NCBI GenBank assembly: GCA_020137815.1
Contig: CM035354.1
Location: 5,704,001-5,768,000 of the forward strand
From: Hormiphora californensis
Taxonomy: Eukaryota > Animalia > Ctenophora
Reading direction: 5' to 3'
DNA length: 64,000 nucleotides
In this document: piece after piece, positions 1 to 14,023 of the stretch
Position numbering within the stretch: position 1 is the stretch's first letter
How the letters are laid out: each line of letters starts with the position of its first letter
Made by a program: the position numbers and the translations under genes
The notes under the pieces: model-generated
What the model was told of the DNA's origin: nothing
What the model saw: only the letters and a program-made list of their open reading frames with translations
Databases searched by the model: none

Positions 1-470
1 TGCAGTGATTTGAAGGGGTTATCTAGCTTGTGTTATTATTGTCGTGGGAAGGAGAAGCGTTGTGTCTTCCTTTGCAACCTTAGTAACGGTAACTATAGCA
101 GTGTGTCGGTATACGTGAACCCCCTCCCCCCGGGCCCCTCCTCTTATATCCTATCATGATTGTCAGGGAGCTCGATCTGATGCTTTTGGTGGTTAGTGAG
201 AGATACAAGAGAGGGAGAGGTAGAAAATGATAGCACATGTTGTTGTTGTTGGAATTGATGGTGCGTTAGTCAAGGAAGTGTGTGTGTATGTATGTTCGTG
301 TGCATCACCCACCACACGTAGTGCACAGTTATTATTAACTCTCTTTCTCTCTCTCACTTTCTCTCTCTTTCTCTCTCTTTCTCTCTCCCTCTGCTACATC
401 CCTCCCGCAGTGTGCATTTTCCCTACTAATTGCCTTTTGCGTTGAGAGAGTGCCTTGTGCACATTTAGTC

Positions 471-3400
471 ATGTCTGATCCCCTGATGAGGCGCTACCAA
501 GTTAACATGGCGGCCCTGGAGCCTCCAGAAATAACTCGACACTCCCATCAAACCCGAAATATTCCCTTTCGGCAGTATTCCGATACCCGGAAGTTCTCCT
601 TCTTGCGGTTGGAGAAGGAGAAGAGATCCAAATCATTCAGTGATATCCGATCTACAGGTAAGATATCGCCTGATGATGATTCCCTGGCAGTAGTCCCATA
701 TTATCATTGACCATTGATCATGAGAACGGTTTTGGTTTTGGGGGTCCCTTTTGGCCTATTTCAGGAATAAAATCCTCCATTTTCACGCAAATTTTTATTA
801 ATTTGAGAATTAAAATGATTTAGAGTTTGTATGGGGGGTTTTAAACTCCCAATTTTTTCTCCGGGTGCCCGTAGTGGCCGTGTTCATAAGTTTCCTTTTT
901 AAAATTTGACCTCATGCATTCTTTTGGAAGGGGGCCTAAAAGTTTTGGGGATTTTTTGGGCATCCCTAGGGCATCAGAAAGGGCCCGGGGGCAACCCGGG
1001 GAGAGGTGTCCCCCTGTGGGTTTTCGAAATTCCATTCTCCCCTTTTTTTCCCCGGGGTTTTTGGGGAAAAGGGAAAAACCCCCCCGGTGGGGCCCCGCTT
1101 GGGGGGATTTCCTTCCCCCCTTTTTCCCCCCCCCCGGGGGGGCCCCCCCCCCCCCTCCAAAAAGGGGCCCCCCCAAAAAAAAAATTTTTTCCCCCCCCCT
1201 TTCATTTCCTTCTCGTCACAAACTTTAACTCAATTAACCGTAACAAGCTCATTCTCTGCTCACGGTTTTACTTTCTCTATTTTTCCTTTATTTGAGTTTT
1301 TGTTTCCCGAAAAACGGAGGGAACCATTGGAGTGTGGCTCGCTGCACTAATTCATCTCTCGCACACACATACAGTTGAAATTTTTTTGGGGGAGAGTGAA
1401 GTGGGTTGAGAGTGGGGGGGGAAAAGGAAATGGGGGAGGGGGGAGGAGGGGGAGAGGGGGGGAAAGGAAGTAAAAAAGGGGGAGGAGGAAGAGAGAGGGG
1501 AGAAGGGGGACGGGGGGGAGAAACGAACGGGCGATTCCCGGAAGAGGCCAATTTTCATCATTTTAAATTTTGGGTCCCCTTCGCTTCCGCCCCCCCAACC
1601 CTACCTTCGGGACCAGGCTACTGGAGACAGACCAAATAATGAGGGGGAGGAAGAAAGATAGAGAGAGAGAGAGATGGATAGGAGGGAAGGAGTAAGATAG
1701 ATGTAGAGAGGGGGAGGGGTGTCTCTCTTTCAGCTGGCTAGTTTTCCGTTTATTATTGTCTTCACAACAAACTTCCGCACTTTAGCCCGCAACACCTCCC
1801 ACTTTGCCATTGCTTTTGTTTCACGCGGTATTGATTTCCCCCACCCCCACATAGATAACGCGGGGGAGATCAGCTGCTCTGTTAAACACCGCTCCCCCAC
1901 AGTTCCGACTATATACAGCAGAAGTTGTATATTATTAAACACACCGGTTGCTGACTTTTTTTTCCCACTCATTCATTCGTCCAAAACTCGGAGAGCTCTC
2001 AGCTCTCTACTCATTCATGAAATATTATGGTGATACCCTGTTTTCCATCCGGTTTGATACCGCAAATCTTCTCCCCCCCCCCCCGGTTTTTTGCGCGTTC
2101 TTATATTTTGTCCGAAAGTGTTCCTATTTATATCACTTTCTTCTCTTTTGTAGCGGAATCTAGTCCCCCAGGGAACCGAATAATGTAAGGGCGATTTTTG
2201 GGACCCCCAATTTTTCGGAGCTTCTGCAGTCCCTTCGTTTTCCCCCGGGAGTTGTTGTCATCAGTGAATATAGCTCCTGGCAGCTTGTAGGACGGGGGCC
2301 CTTTTTTTGCTTTATTCACATCTTGGGTAAATGTTTTAGAGTCTTGTTAGGATTGGTTTTTTTTTACATGACGATATAGTAGCAGGGGAAAGGGGAGTGC
2401 CCTGTTAACAGAGCCTGTTAGTTTGGTTTAATATCAGGAGTGTATCCCCAACCAATTGGGGGCAAAATGGGGGGAAGGTTTGGTTTTTAAATGTTCTTTT
2501 TCTAACAACTTTTTTCAGTTGCCCTAAAAAACAAACGTCAAGCCCAACGCCCCTTGAATCAAAACGTAAGATACTTTGGATTTTCGCCTAAAATATTAAA
2601 ATATATTATTTTTTCTCACATTGCGTGCCATTTTAGATCTCTCTAGGGCCCCAATTCCTCTAAAATTTTAAGGAAACCCTTGGGTCCCTGTAAACACCCA
2701 AAAAAACCCCTTTAAATATCAGCTGGTAAAATTTTCCCCTAACCCCTTTCCCCTCTTCCCCCGGGGTTTAAAAGATCCATGGACAAAGCCTCTAAGGACC
2801 ACAGCGGAGGGAAAATTCTTCAACGACCTCTAGCTGAGAAAATTTTTCTTCCGACCCCCTCCCCCCTATTTGTATGGAAACTTTAAGAGATCCCCCAAAA
2901 TCTTAGAGGGGGTTGTCGGGCAGATGACCTTCCCGGTGTCCCCAGAACCTACAATATTGGGAGCTCCTCTCCCCGTCAAGGTCCCAGTCCTAGGGTTCTT
3001 TGGATGTTCAAAAGTTTAAAAGGGCCCAAAAGTTTTGGGGGTGGGGCCCGCAGGGGGAGTGCCATCCTCTACCCAAGTGCATTGGATGACCTGTTTACCC
3101 ATACATTGGACTTCTGGGACATTCTACGAGATCTGAGGGACCAGAAATCTCCTGATACAGTACATGAGATGATGGTGGGCAAGGCGATATGTGACTACTA
3201 CAGTAATGAGCAGGTCAGGAAGGCGTTCTCTTCCTCCAGTACAAAGCCTCCAAACTGAAGACAGATGCGTGGTATGCGGAAAAGCTGAAGGAAAAGTTTA
3301 AACCCCTGAACGACTACTTGATGAACCACCGTCTCAGTAACAAATCCAGCCACATTGATATCTGGAGTCTATAGCGAGAACAACACCCCAGACCATCGGA

Positions 3401-4299
3401 CTTGTAAGGAAGTTGTTGGAGAACACTGACCCGCTTCACCCGGATTACACCGCCATGGAACAGGCAGTGAAGGCAGTGGAGGGGTGTGCAGCAGCCATGG
3501 ATCTCGGTCAACTCCTCCAGGACTACCAGAGTCGGTTCGAGGTGAAAGGGAAGTGTCCCAAGGAATTCAAGAACTTCCAACTGACAGGATCAAACAAGAG
3601 GAGGTGTATCCGGGCGGAGAAGGTACAAGGATGCAAAGCAGGAGGAAACAACAAGGCGGTCAAGGAAGCAAAGAAGAGTGAAGTGATTCTGTTGCTGTAC
3701 ACAGACTATATTGTAATCCTGAAGGATAGGGATAACAAGGTGTATCTGCAGTGCGAGGAATGGCCAACAATCAGGATTAAAGATTGTCTGATACGAGATC
3801 ACCTTGCTGGAAAGTTTTGTTTCATGTTGGTCACCAATACCAAGAGCAAGACGTCCATTGATTTACCCTCTCTCTACTACTTTACCACGACTGATGACGC
3901 TAAGAAGAAGGCCTGGATGAGGGAAATCCAGCAGGCGATAGATAATGCCAGGATGGAGGGACCCGTACCACAACCCGCCCCAGTTAGCTCTGAATCCGAG
4001 GAGAGCGACCCGGAGAGCCAACATGATCGATCCATTACATTCGAACAGGACCGAAATCTACCTTCCTCAACTCCAGGTACAGTTACTATACAGTGTAGTG
4101 GGGGTCCAGGTATCTTGTAATATTAGCATTTAGTGGAGTGGGGCTCCGGGTAGTAAATCTTATAGTTATGGAATTTAGTAGAGTGGGGGTCCGGGTAGTA
4201 TGTAGAATAGCGTACCAGCTGTGATTGCAAATTACATATTCCCCGGCCCCGCGCTTTTCGCACATATGACATCTGTAGCTTTAATATAAAGAACGCCAG

Positions 4300-4356
<57 letters not shown>

Positions 4357-5892
4357 CGTCTCTCCATTGTACAGTTAAAATATTACATAAGGGCCGGGGC
4401 GGTAGCGGTTCATAGGAGCAATTCTTTCATAATATAGTCCCCTCTCTCTCTGACACCTTCCATCTCCAACAGATTCGACACGACAGTTAGAGGGAATAGA
4501 GGAACGCTCCGGCGATGAGGTAACTAGAGTCTGACACTCATAGTTAGACAGGAGAGAGAGAGTAAGAGAGTGAGAGTGAGAGTGAGAGAGATAATATAGT
4601 TTTATCACTCACGCCCTAAACTAACGATGTGTCGCTATGAATTACTATACCTCTCGTTACCCCAGCCCAACATAGCTAACACTTCTTTATATTTCTAGTC
4701 TGAGCAGGAGGATTGTGATTTAATGGGTGACACTGCCTCCATTCTACGATCTTTGTCTCCCGCCGTGGCTCCCTCCCGTAAAGATAGAGCCGTGTTGAAA
4801 GGGGCTAACCCAAGACGATCTATCAGCCTTCACGTCTCAGAAAAACAGGTATAATTCCCCCCTGAGAGGGAGAGTTTGTTTAGATTCTCATCTCTCTCTC
4901 TATTCGCCTAGGATTTAGGGAGTATATATAGCCGAGACCCCTATTGTTTATATCCCAATATTATTACATATTCTTTTCATTTTTAGAAAAAGGTCGAGGA
5001 GAATCGCCGGCATACTACTTGTCTCTCTAAGGAGGAGTTGAATGAGGCCATGAGCATTCAGGATAACCCTATACGGCACCACCAGAGCGCCGACTCTGGA
5101 TATGTCGCGGAGGAGAACTCAAACTCTGAAGAAGCTCATCTAACAGAGGTTTGTTATTTTTTTGCCTTGTTCGACCCTCTCTTATTATTGGTTTAGAAAT
5201 CATATTTTTTAGTACTGTGTAGATTGTTTATTTAGTAACTATACTGTGAAGAAATTTATGGAATTTTTCAAAAAACATATGAACAAGTAATTATCTAGCC
5301 CCTATCATAGGGCCCCTGAAATTCTGGCATTTAGCCAGTGTCGTCTTGTGGCTTTGCCCTGACCTACTGTCGCCCACATCCCCCCACTCACACCCCCCTC
5401 TCTCCCCTCAGATCTCTTTGAATTCCCCCGATTTGGGATCGGTCCAGGATCTCCTCCGTTTCGTGATGCAGAAAGTTGACCGCAATTCCCGAACTATTCG
5501 ACAACTGCGTGACGAGTCTCAACAGAAGAGTGAGATTATCGAGCGGCAGGCGTTGGAAATCCGCGAGTTGAAGGACCAACAGTCGGGGATGGGTGACCTG
5601 TCCAGTAAAGTTTCCGGGTAGGTCAAATTAGAAGATAATAATAATTCTCAGAAGAGATATTTTCTCCCTAAACTCCCTAAATCTTTATTTATTCCGATTT
5701 TTATCTCCCCTTTATCTCTCCCTCTTCCATTCCACTAACTCTCCACCTCTCCCTAGATTGGAAGCGGAGTTGGCGGCCTTGCGATTGCACCTATCCCGCT
5801 CACAACAGCACACTCCTCGATCAAGGAGAGCGACTTACGACCCTACCGACGAGTTGACCCTATCTGAAAACCCACCATCAACCCGAGTTTAG
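471..5892 (+). CDS. Dbl-family RhoGEF (DH-PH domains, C-terminal coiled coil, PDZ-binding C-terminus)
   Basis: DH C-terminal signature LLENTDPLHPDY, then a PH-like region (EVILLLYTDYIVILK...KKAWMREIQQAI). Exons: 471-657 (probable first), ~2770-4076 (frameshifted in a low-quality stretch), 4473-4519, 4699-4848, 4987-5148, 5412-5617, 5757-5892. Downstream exons are GT-AG and phase-consistent, ending ...PSTRV*. The link to the 5' exon is uncertain. Confidence 0.75.
720..3060. other. Homopolymer-corrupted low-quality sequence
   Basis: Abnormally long G/C/A/T runs not seen elsewhere in the window; they coincide with broken reading frames in the RhoGEF DH exon. Confidence 0.7.
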
Positions 5893-6088
5893 CTGGGAGT
5901 CTGCAGTGCAGAGACAGTTCCCCTAGTTGTTTTGTATTTTGTTAAGTTTTTAACTAACACTCTTTCTTTGTTGTAAAATTGACTGTCTAATGTCTATATA
6001 ATGTGAGAGTTATATTGAATGGTGGATGAATTGTTTTAAGCTGTGCTTGGTTCTACAAGAATATTCAAAACTGAAGATGAGACATATC

Positions 6089-6549
6089 AGCAGTCATTAA
6101 TAGACAACAATAAAGTGCCCTTAGTTATACTACCCTGGGTAGTTTGGGTATCAGTGGTCATCCGACATATTCCGACGTGAAATTCGACGTGAATCTCGAC
6201 CTGGAATGAGGCGCGCATCAGAGAGAAAATGATGTCGCGCTTCAACTTTTCTCTCTCGTTAGTCTTTGTGTCTCTCTCACTACGAATGCGCGCCTCATTC
6301 CAGGTCGAGATTCACGTCGAATTTCACGTCGAGGTATGGCAATTATGTCGGATGACCACTGTATCTCGGAAACTAACAAGAATATTATCCCTGATATCTT
6401 CAATTAAAATATCTCTTTAGACCAAGTAGGATATCTGCCTCAGTTCAATCAGAATACTGTTATACTTGTAGATATCTGGGATAGTGTCCTGGTCGGTATC
6501 TGTGATACCCAAATTATCCAGGACACAAACTTGTTTATTAATGACTGCT
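6089..6549. mobile_element. Degenerate foldback/MITE (host of a nested MITE)
   Basis: Terminal inverted repeats agcagtcattaata...tattaatgactgct. Inner arms (ctgg.ta.tttgggtatc...tatccc.gatatct.caa) align once the nested element is removed. Confidence 0.7.
6152..6361. mobile_element. MITE with CAGTGG termini and 3-bp TAT duplication
   Basis: TIR cagtggtcatccgacata/tatgtcggatgaccactg plus a long inner inverted repeat (cgacgtgaaattcgacgtgaatctcgacctggaatgaggcgcgcat); flanked by tat on both sides. Confidence 0.85.
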
Positions 6550-7552
6550 ACCCATTAACTTATTGCTACCGTGACGACGCGAGTGTGTCTGTGTGTCTAT
6601 ATCATCTCTTTCCCTAATAGAGATCCATCATTTTACGTAACTCAAACATTCAATATTCTTTCCAAGTAAAGATTTATATCCGGGTTTTTATTTTACCACA
6701 TCTGTTAACAGAACGACTGTTGATCCTGCGTGTTATCCCTGACTTTCAGTGGTCACTGGTCAATGATCTTTTCCAGCGAGCCCTACTAGTGGTCATGGAC
6801 CACTTCTAGGGCTCGCTGGTAATGTCCTAGAGTAACTCATGACTACATATCATGAATGGGGCCCGCTCGGAGAACCCAATCAGCTGACACTGCCATGGAT
6901 TTTGGCAACAAACAACGGGCTGGAGCTGGCTTCTGATCTGAGACGCGCGCACGCTGCCTTGACCCAGGTCTATCGCGGGCGCGCGACTGGTATATACGGG
7001 GATTTTGTCGCCGCGCCTTCCATACAAGCTGGGGGTTTGTGTAACTGGATATAGTGGGAGCTGGGGATAATGAGACATCAGCCTCAAATTGGGGAAGCTG
7101 ATACAGCGGGGGCCTCTGATTAGCTCCCTCCCCTCCTCTCTCATTTATGAGTGTGGATTAGTTACTGTGTGCGTCTGTCAGTGAGGTTATTAGGACGATA
7201 CGGAGGGTACTGCAGGTACCTGGTACATTTATTATACGAAAAGGGTTAAAACTTCTGTCTTTTTTTGTTGACTCAACAAGTCTTTTTGGCTTCTCTCTCT
7301 CAATACAGCTTGGTTACGAAGAGCGTAGTTGCTATGTAGTCCTAGGAAAAAGGTAATTACCCAACAAATTAAGACAATTAGCCACAATTACGAACCAATT
7401 AGAGTCCTAAATTGGACTGTAATTACAATTTCTCTCATACACGTACATGCTCTTTTCTGTGACATACACTCACATATTATTCAATTTGTTACACCGATTA
7501 CAGTGTGTAGCAGCAGTCGTTTAGCCGGAATGATAGACTTATTAAGAAGGGG

Positions 7553-7747
<195 letters not shown>

Positions 7748-8071
7748 GGATAGAACAGGGGCCAGGTATGCCTGGAAAACCCTCTCTCACGGTATTTTAT
7801 TTTTTCTTCCACTGGACCTCACTGGACTTACTCTTTTGCCTTTCTTTTAGTTTCTCCATCTACCTCTATTCTTTAATTAAACCTTATCCTCTCTTTCTCT
7901 CTCTCTCCATCTCACTTTCTCTCTGTCTCATTCTCTCTCTCTTTCGTGCTCGCTGCTCGGCGGGAGCGGAAGGAGGATATAATTAGAGTAATTACGAGGT
8001 AATTATGAGCAATTACCGGGATAGAAGAGAGTGCCTTTCCGTTATACTGCTGTTACAAAGAACAAAGAGAA

Positions 8072-8123
<52 letters not shown>

Positions 8124-8920
8124 GGGAAAGAGAGTGAGAAGGAGGATCGGTTGAGAATTATGAGCGAAAAGAGGAGTGAACAAAGGGATGAAAGAGAGGA
8201 GAAAAGAGAAATTGAAGAGGAGAGAGAGAGAGGAGAGTGAAAGAAAGAGAGAGAGGTTAAAGATGAGACTGTGAAGAAGAGAGAAAGAGGATATTTGTAG
8301 AGAAAAATTGAGGAGAGCGTCATTGAGTCGTTGAGGAGTGTTGTGTGTGTACGTTTGTCCAATCTGTTAGTGACAACACAAATAAACAAACTTATGACTT
8401 ATATACGCATACATAATATAAGGCAGAAGATAAATGTGGAGATGTTATAGATTTGGAATCGCTGATACATCAGCATCTACTGCACTACACAATACTGAAC
8501 CTGAAATCTGAACCTGAAATCTCTGATCTCTTGTTTGGGCAGTGTAAAAAACCTCTCGACTTGTCTTGATCAAACCCTTTGCTTTGGAGCGCGGGGAGAG
8601 AGGGTCGAACAAGGCAACTCTCGATATATCATATTGTTGACAAATATTTGCATTGATGTTGTGTGACTATTTGTGACCAGCTGTCGGCCCGTGTAACTAT
8701 TTGTTGGTCTGATGTATAAGTGTCTGTTAACCTGGATGTGTAAATATTGCGTTCACAACAGGAGTATATTCAATAAGTAGTGCACGAGGATGGTGATATA
8801 TTATACTACACGCGCCCGGCCCTCTCAATTACTTAATTGGGCTGTAATTATTCCCCTATTATCTAATTGCCCTCACTGCTCATGTAAATTTGCTAAAGTA
8901 AAACCCGAACATACAGAGTA

Positions 8921-8951
<31 letters not shown>

Positions 8952-9908
8952 GAGAGAGAGGAAGGGAGAAAGATAGAGAGAGAGAAAGCTAAGATAAAGA
9001 CAGAGAGATAGCGTGGGGGGATATAGAGAGAGATGGTGAGAGAGAGAAGTAGGGTATACAGTGAAATAGTGAGACAAAAGGCGTCATCGGGATGTCAACT
9101 AACTCCCCGATAGTTTACCAGTACACATCACACACCCACCCACACACAGAGCTACATGTGAAGCTCCACCAAAGTTTGGAGAATCGGTGACCACCCCATA
9201 ACAAACCAATGCATCTCTTATTCACCTCAATTCCAAATTCAAGAACCACTTGCCTTGCTCGATGCTCTCTCACCAGCCACCACGCCCAGCGACGAAAAAA
9301 GCAAAAAACCGCAAGGAAGTAGGAACTGGTGAAGATCGTGAATGAATTGAAAACCATTCCATGTCAATTGTCAAGTTACCATTGCAACCGGTAATTTTAC
9401 CCACTTTATTGTGAAAGTTTTCAGTGTTCAGACTATCAGCCATCTTAATCTATCCATTTCTTCTGACAGTTATAAATTCAAACTATTACATCAGTCCATC
9501 GACCATCAGCTATCTAACTTGAATAATGGTCGATAATTTAGTTTCTCTAGTATTCTTTGTAACAAGGATTATTCTTCTTCAGAAAGTAGAAACTGCCATC
9601 CAGAGAAAATGAGAGGTAAAAGAAGAGAGAAAAGGACATAGATCTAAAAAAGAATATATGGGGGAGGGTGATAGAAAAAGATAATGGAGAGAGAGAGAGA
9701 GGTTTGGGATAATAGAAGATAATGGGTGGAGGGCTGGTACAATTTAGGTGTTCTTCACCTGCCAATGGGTGGACATATATTGCCTTTTTCACGTCCCCCT
9801 TGCTTTGTGAGGTAATACAAGTGGTGGACTATTAAAAGACTCTCTGTACTCGCGCTAATGCATTCCATTATACCATATATGGCTGGATCACTCCACAATT
9901 AACTGACA

Positions 9909-10584
9909 ATCCTCCCTCCCCTCCCCTGGTGTTTGCTGAAAAAGAACTCCCTCCCCTCCCCTGGTGTTTGCTGAGAAAGAACTCCCTCCCCTCCCCTGGT
10001 GTTTGCAGAGAAAGAACTCCCTCCCCTCCCCTGGTGTTTGCTGAGAAAGAACTCCCTCCCCTCCCCTGTGTTTGCTGAGAAAGAACTCCCTCCCCTCCCC
10101 TGGTGTTTGCTGAGAAAGAACTCCCTCCCCCCCTCTGGTGTTTGCTGAGAAAGAACTCCCTCCCCTCCCCTGGTGTTTGCTGAAAAAGAACTCCCTCCCC
10201 TCCCCTGGTGTTTGCTGAGAAAGAACTCCCTCCCCTCCCCTGGTGTTTGCTGAGAAAGAACTCCCTCCCCTCCCCTGGTGTTTGCTGAGAAAGAACTCCC
10301 TCCCCTCCCCTGGTGTTTGCTGAGAAAGAACTCCCTCCCCTCCCCTGGTGTTTGCTGAGAAAGAACTCCCTCCCCTCCCCTGGTGTTTGCTGAGAAAGAG
10401 CTCCCTCTCCTCCCCTGGTGTTTGCTGAGAAAGACCTCCCTCCCCTCCCCTGGTGTTTGCTGAGAAAGAACTCCCTCCCCTCCCCTGGTGTTTGCTGAGA
10501 AAGAGCTCCCTCTCCTCCCCTGGTGTTTGCTGAGAAAGACCTCCCTCCCCTCCCCTGGTGTTTGCTGAGAAAGAACTCCCTCCC
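9909..10584. repeat. 35-bp minisatellite, about 19 copies
   Basis: Unit ctccctcccctcccctggtgtttgctgagaaagaa in tandem with few variants. Confidence 0.95.
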
Positions 10585-11077
10585 TGTACCACTCAGTACA
10601 GTGTACTGTACTCCAGTATTATGAGAAGAGAGGGCTGGTGGTTCGGGTGACTGGTGTGGACCTACTTCTTGATCGTGTTGGTGGGGGTAGACGGTGCTTG
10701 TTATTGAGGTAAGTTGATGGGGGGCTGTTGATATGATGGGGGAAACAACACGTGTTGAATTTGGATTGATGAGGAATGTGACTTAAGATACAGATATAAG
10801 TTATTTAAACACTGAAGATGACCCTTTCGATGTATCATGGTAGTGCGAGTGGTGAAACTTTATACACCCCATTTGATAATAGGTGGTTATCGGTGTGCTG
10901 ACAGGTGGCCTCCATCCCCATTGGTCAACACTAGTCACGTGACAAAATTCCTGCAATTTCATTGGCTCATCACCGAGGATAGAGATGTTTGTATACACTC
11001 ATTAGCTAACTATGTAATGGCCTCATTATCTAATGAGCCCCGAGAGCAAGGGAGAGAGAGATGAGGAAAGGGATAGA

Positions 11078-11241
<164 letters not shown>

Positions 11242-11820
11242 TAGAGATTTAGGAAATGTGGCGGTTGGAGGCTGTATATAATCACCCTGCTGTTAGTTCT
11301 AAAGAATGAGCATATATCATCTATATATTACTCTTTCATAAAAGCAATTGGCTCTCTCCCTCCCTCTCCGGGCCTCCTGCGTACAAAATACACGCATACA
11401 TACACGTTCGTTATAACTTCTAATACACATCGGCACTCCAATGAGAGAGAGAACAGAGGGGAAATTAACGAGAAATAGATGGCCCGAGAGAATATATATA
11501 GGGACAAAAGAAAGAATGAAGGGCCATTGCTTCTTCAGCCGCCATGAATTGGTACCCGGTCTCAACAGTTTTCCTAGGTTTTCTCCTTCTTCCTCCGTTT
11601 TCTCCTACCTTCCCCCAGAGTCTCCAGAAGTAAACCATATCAACGCGTGCTGTGTGCACGTGTCGCGGCCGAGTCGTCAAATTGGTTTGCTCGGTTGGCT
11701 AATGAGACAATAGGATAATCGAGTGATAGAGAGGAAACAATGCGCAAAAACCCTTCCTTACACAGAGATAGAGGGAGAGAGAGGGAGAGAGAGGGAGAGA
11801 GAGAGAGAGAGAGAGAGAGT

Positions 11821-11876
<56 letters not shown>

Positions 11877-12529
11877 GAGTTCCGACACCAGTGAAGGTAA
11901 AGTACATGTGTTTTTCTTATGCAGATGGTGTGCACTAAACATTCTATTATTCCAGGTTGAATTGCAGCCTTTCTTCCTTACACCACCCCTTCCTCATCTC
12001 ATTTTACCCATTCTGAATTCTCCCCACCCTCTCTCCCTATTTTCCTACCCCCCTCTCTCTCAGTATGTGTTACCCTGCAATTACAGTGATTAGATACAAA
12101 TTGAGAGGGACTACAGGTCCTTGAGACACCCCCCAGGAAGGGGGGGTCAATTAGCGAATTTAATTGCTCCCACACACACACACGAACAATTTGACATGTT
12201 TGACAGGGGTTGTCGGCTCGACTATTATTGTAAGAGAGAGAGAAAAAGAGGATTATAGATGAAACACATAATAACCCTCTCAGCTCTCTTTCAAAAAGAA
12301 ACATAACAACAGAAAAGGGACCACCTACAGTCTGGTCCACCAACCACCCCTTCTAATCCACTCCCTCCTACAAGCAATACTACTTACTGGAAATCGTACT
12401 GTATAACTGTTATTATTTGTTGGTTTTTACCTGTTATTAAAATTGAAAAGTCATATTTTGTAAGTGTAGAATCGAATGTGAAAACATACTATATTTTCTC
12501 AATCCTCTCTATTGTCATTCTCTAATTAA

Positions 12530-13807
12530 GGGTACACCTCGGCAAAATTTTTGTCGAGTGCCCGCTTAGCTCTCCATATGGGGTTGTAGGGCATACCAAG
12601 CCGACCTCAAATATGCAATTTTAGCCCTTAACTCGAATTCATATTTTTGCTACAGCCCCTCAAAGTTTGACCCTAAAAACCGGTTTTTAAGGTCCCTAAA
12701 TTTTATTTTTAGGGCTAGAAAGCTGAAAATTTAGGGATTCATAGAGGATACCAAGGTGTATAGCTCAAACAGAAATTTTTTGAAATGGAGCTCAATTTTT
12801 TGTCTGAGACTATTTTACTTTTTTTGACTTTGAGGTCATATTTGGACATGTTCCTATGGACCGTTAAGGCTAAAAATTGGATATTTGGTGCTCCTAACAA
12901 TTGTCAAAGTAGCCACAAATTTTCAGGAGGTCCGAATTTGAAATGTGGCCTACAGGTTTCTTTTTGTAAAGCACATATTTTAGGAAAACTTAAAATGGCT
13001 ATATCTCAAAAACGGTAGGTCCTAGCGATCTAATTTCGTGCTAAATCGATTCAGCGGGTCCGATTTTGGGGGGGTCGTCTCTTAGACATTTTGCTCTAAG
13101 TCTAACCGTTTTTTCAGAAATCGTATTTTAAGGTTTGTACATGTTTAGCAGAAATGCTTCTAGCTAGAGCTAATCTTACCTATTTCTGCTAAACATGTAC
13201 AAACCTTAAAATACGATTTCTGAAAAAACGGTTAGACTTAGAGCAAAATGTCTAAGAGACGACCCCCCCAAAATCGGACCCGCTGAATCGATTTAGCACG
13301 AAATTAGATCGCTAGGACCTACCGTTTTTGAGATATAGCCATTTTAAGTTTTCCTAAAATATGTGCTTTACAAAAAGAAACCTGTAGGCCACATTTCAAA
13401 TTCGGACCTCCTGAAAATTTGTGGCTACTTTGACAATTGTTAGGAGCACCAAATATCCAATTTTTAGCCTTAACGGTCCATAGGAACATGTCCAAATATG
13501 GCCTCAAAGTCAAAAAAAGTAAAATAGTCTCAGACAAAAAATTGAGCTCCATTTCAAAAAATTTCTGTTTGAGCTATACACCTTGGTATCCTCTATGAAT
13601 CCCTAAATTTTCAGCTTTCTAGCCCTAAAAATAAAATTTAGGGACCTTAAAAACCGGTTTTTAGGGTCAAACTTTGAGGGGCTGTAGCAAAAATATGAAT
13701 CCGAGTTAAGGGCTAAAATTGCATATTTGAGGTCGGCTTGGTATGCCCTACAACCCCATATGGAGAGCTAAGCGGGCACTCGACAAAAATTTTGCCGAGG
13801 TGTATCC
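12530..13807. mobile_element. Palindromic non-autonomous DNA transposon, Kolobok-like
   Basis: 626-bp arms (12530-13155, 13182-13807), about 3 mismatches seen, 26-bp spacer. TTAA on both flanks with GG..CC termini (Kolobok RR..YY pattern rather than piggyBac CC..GG). Confidence 0.85.
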
Positions 13808-14023
13808 TTAACATTACTTAATGAGTCTCCAATTACCGACAAAAATAAGAGAGAGAGAGAGCTGACTGATAAAGCGGGGGAATGATAATAATCCTCTTGG
13901 TGGCGGTATAATTATCATCGGAACACACTCTCTCCCTCTCTTTCTCTCTCTGAACGCAGCACGAAACAGAAAACAACCAGCACAAAACCTAAACATGGTT
14001 CACAGAACCTCTCTCTCTCTCCT

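Noticed and set aside
841-1639. Gly/Pro/Lys/Phe-rich ORFs on both strands
   Set aside because: Products of homopolymer-inflated low-quality sequence.
6839-7054. 71-aa ORF in a GC-rich patch
   Set aside because: No recognisable domain or exon structure; more likely non-coding.
9888-10592. 234-aa repetitive ORF and CRISPR-like regular repeats
   Set aside because: A 35-bp tandem unit with no unique spacers; the unit length is not a multiple of 3; eukaryotic context.
12785-13552. Mirror-image 77-aa ORFs
   Set aside because: A consequence of the palindrome; no transposase motifs.
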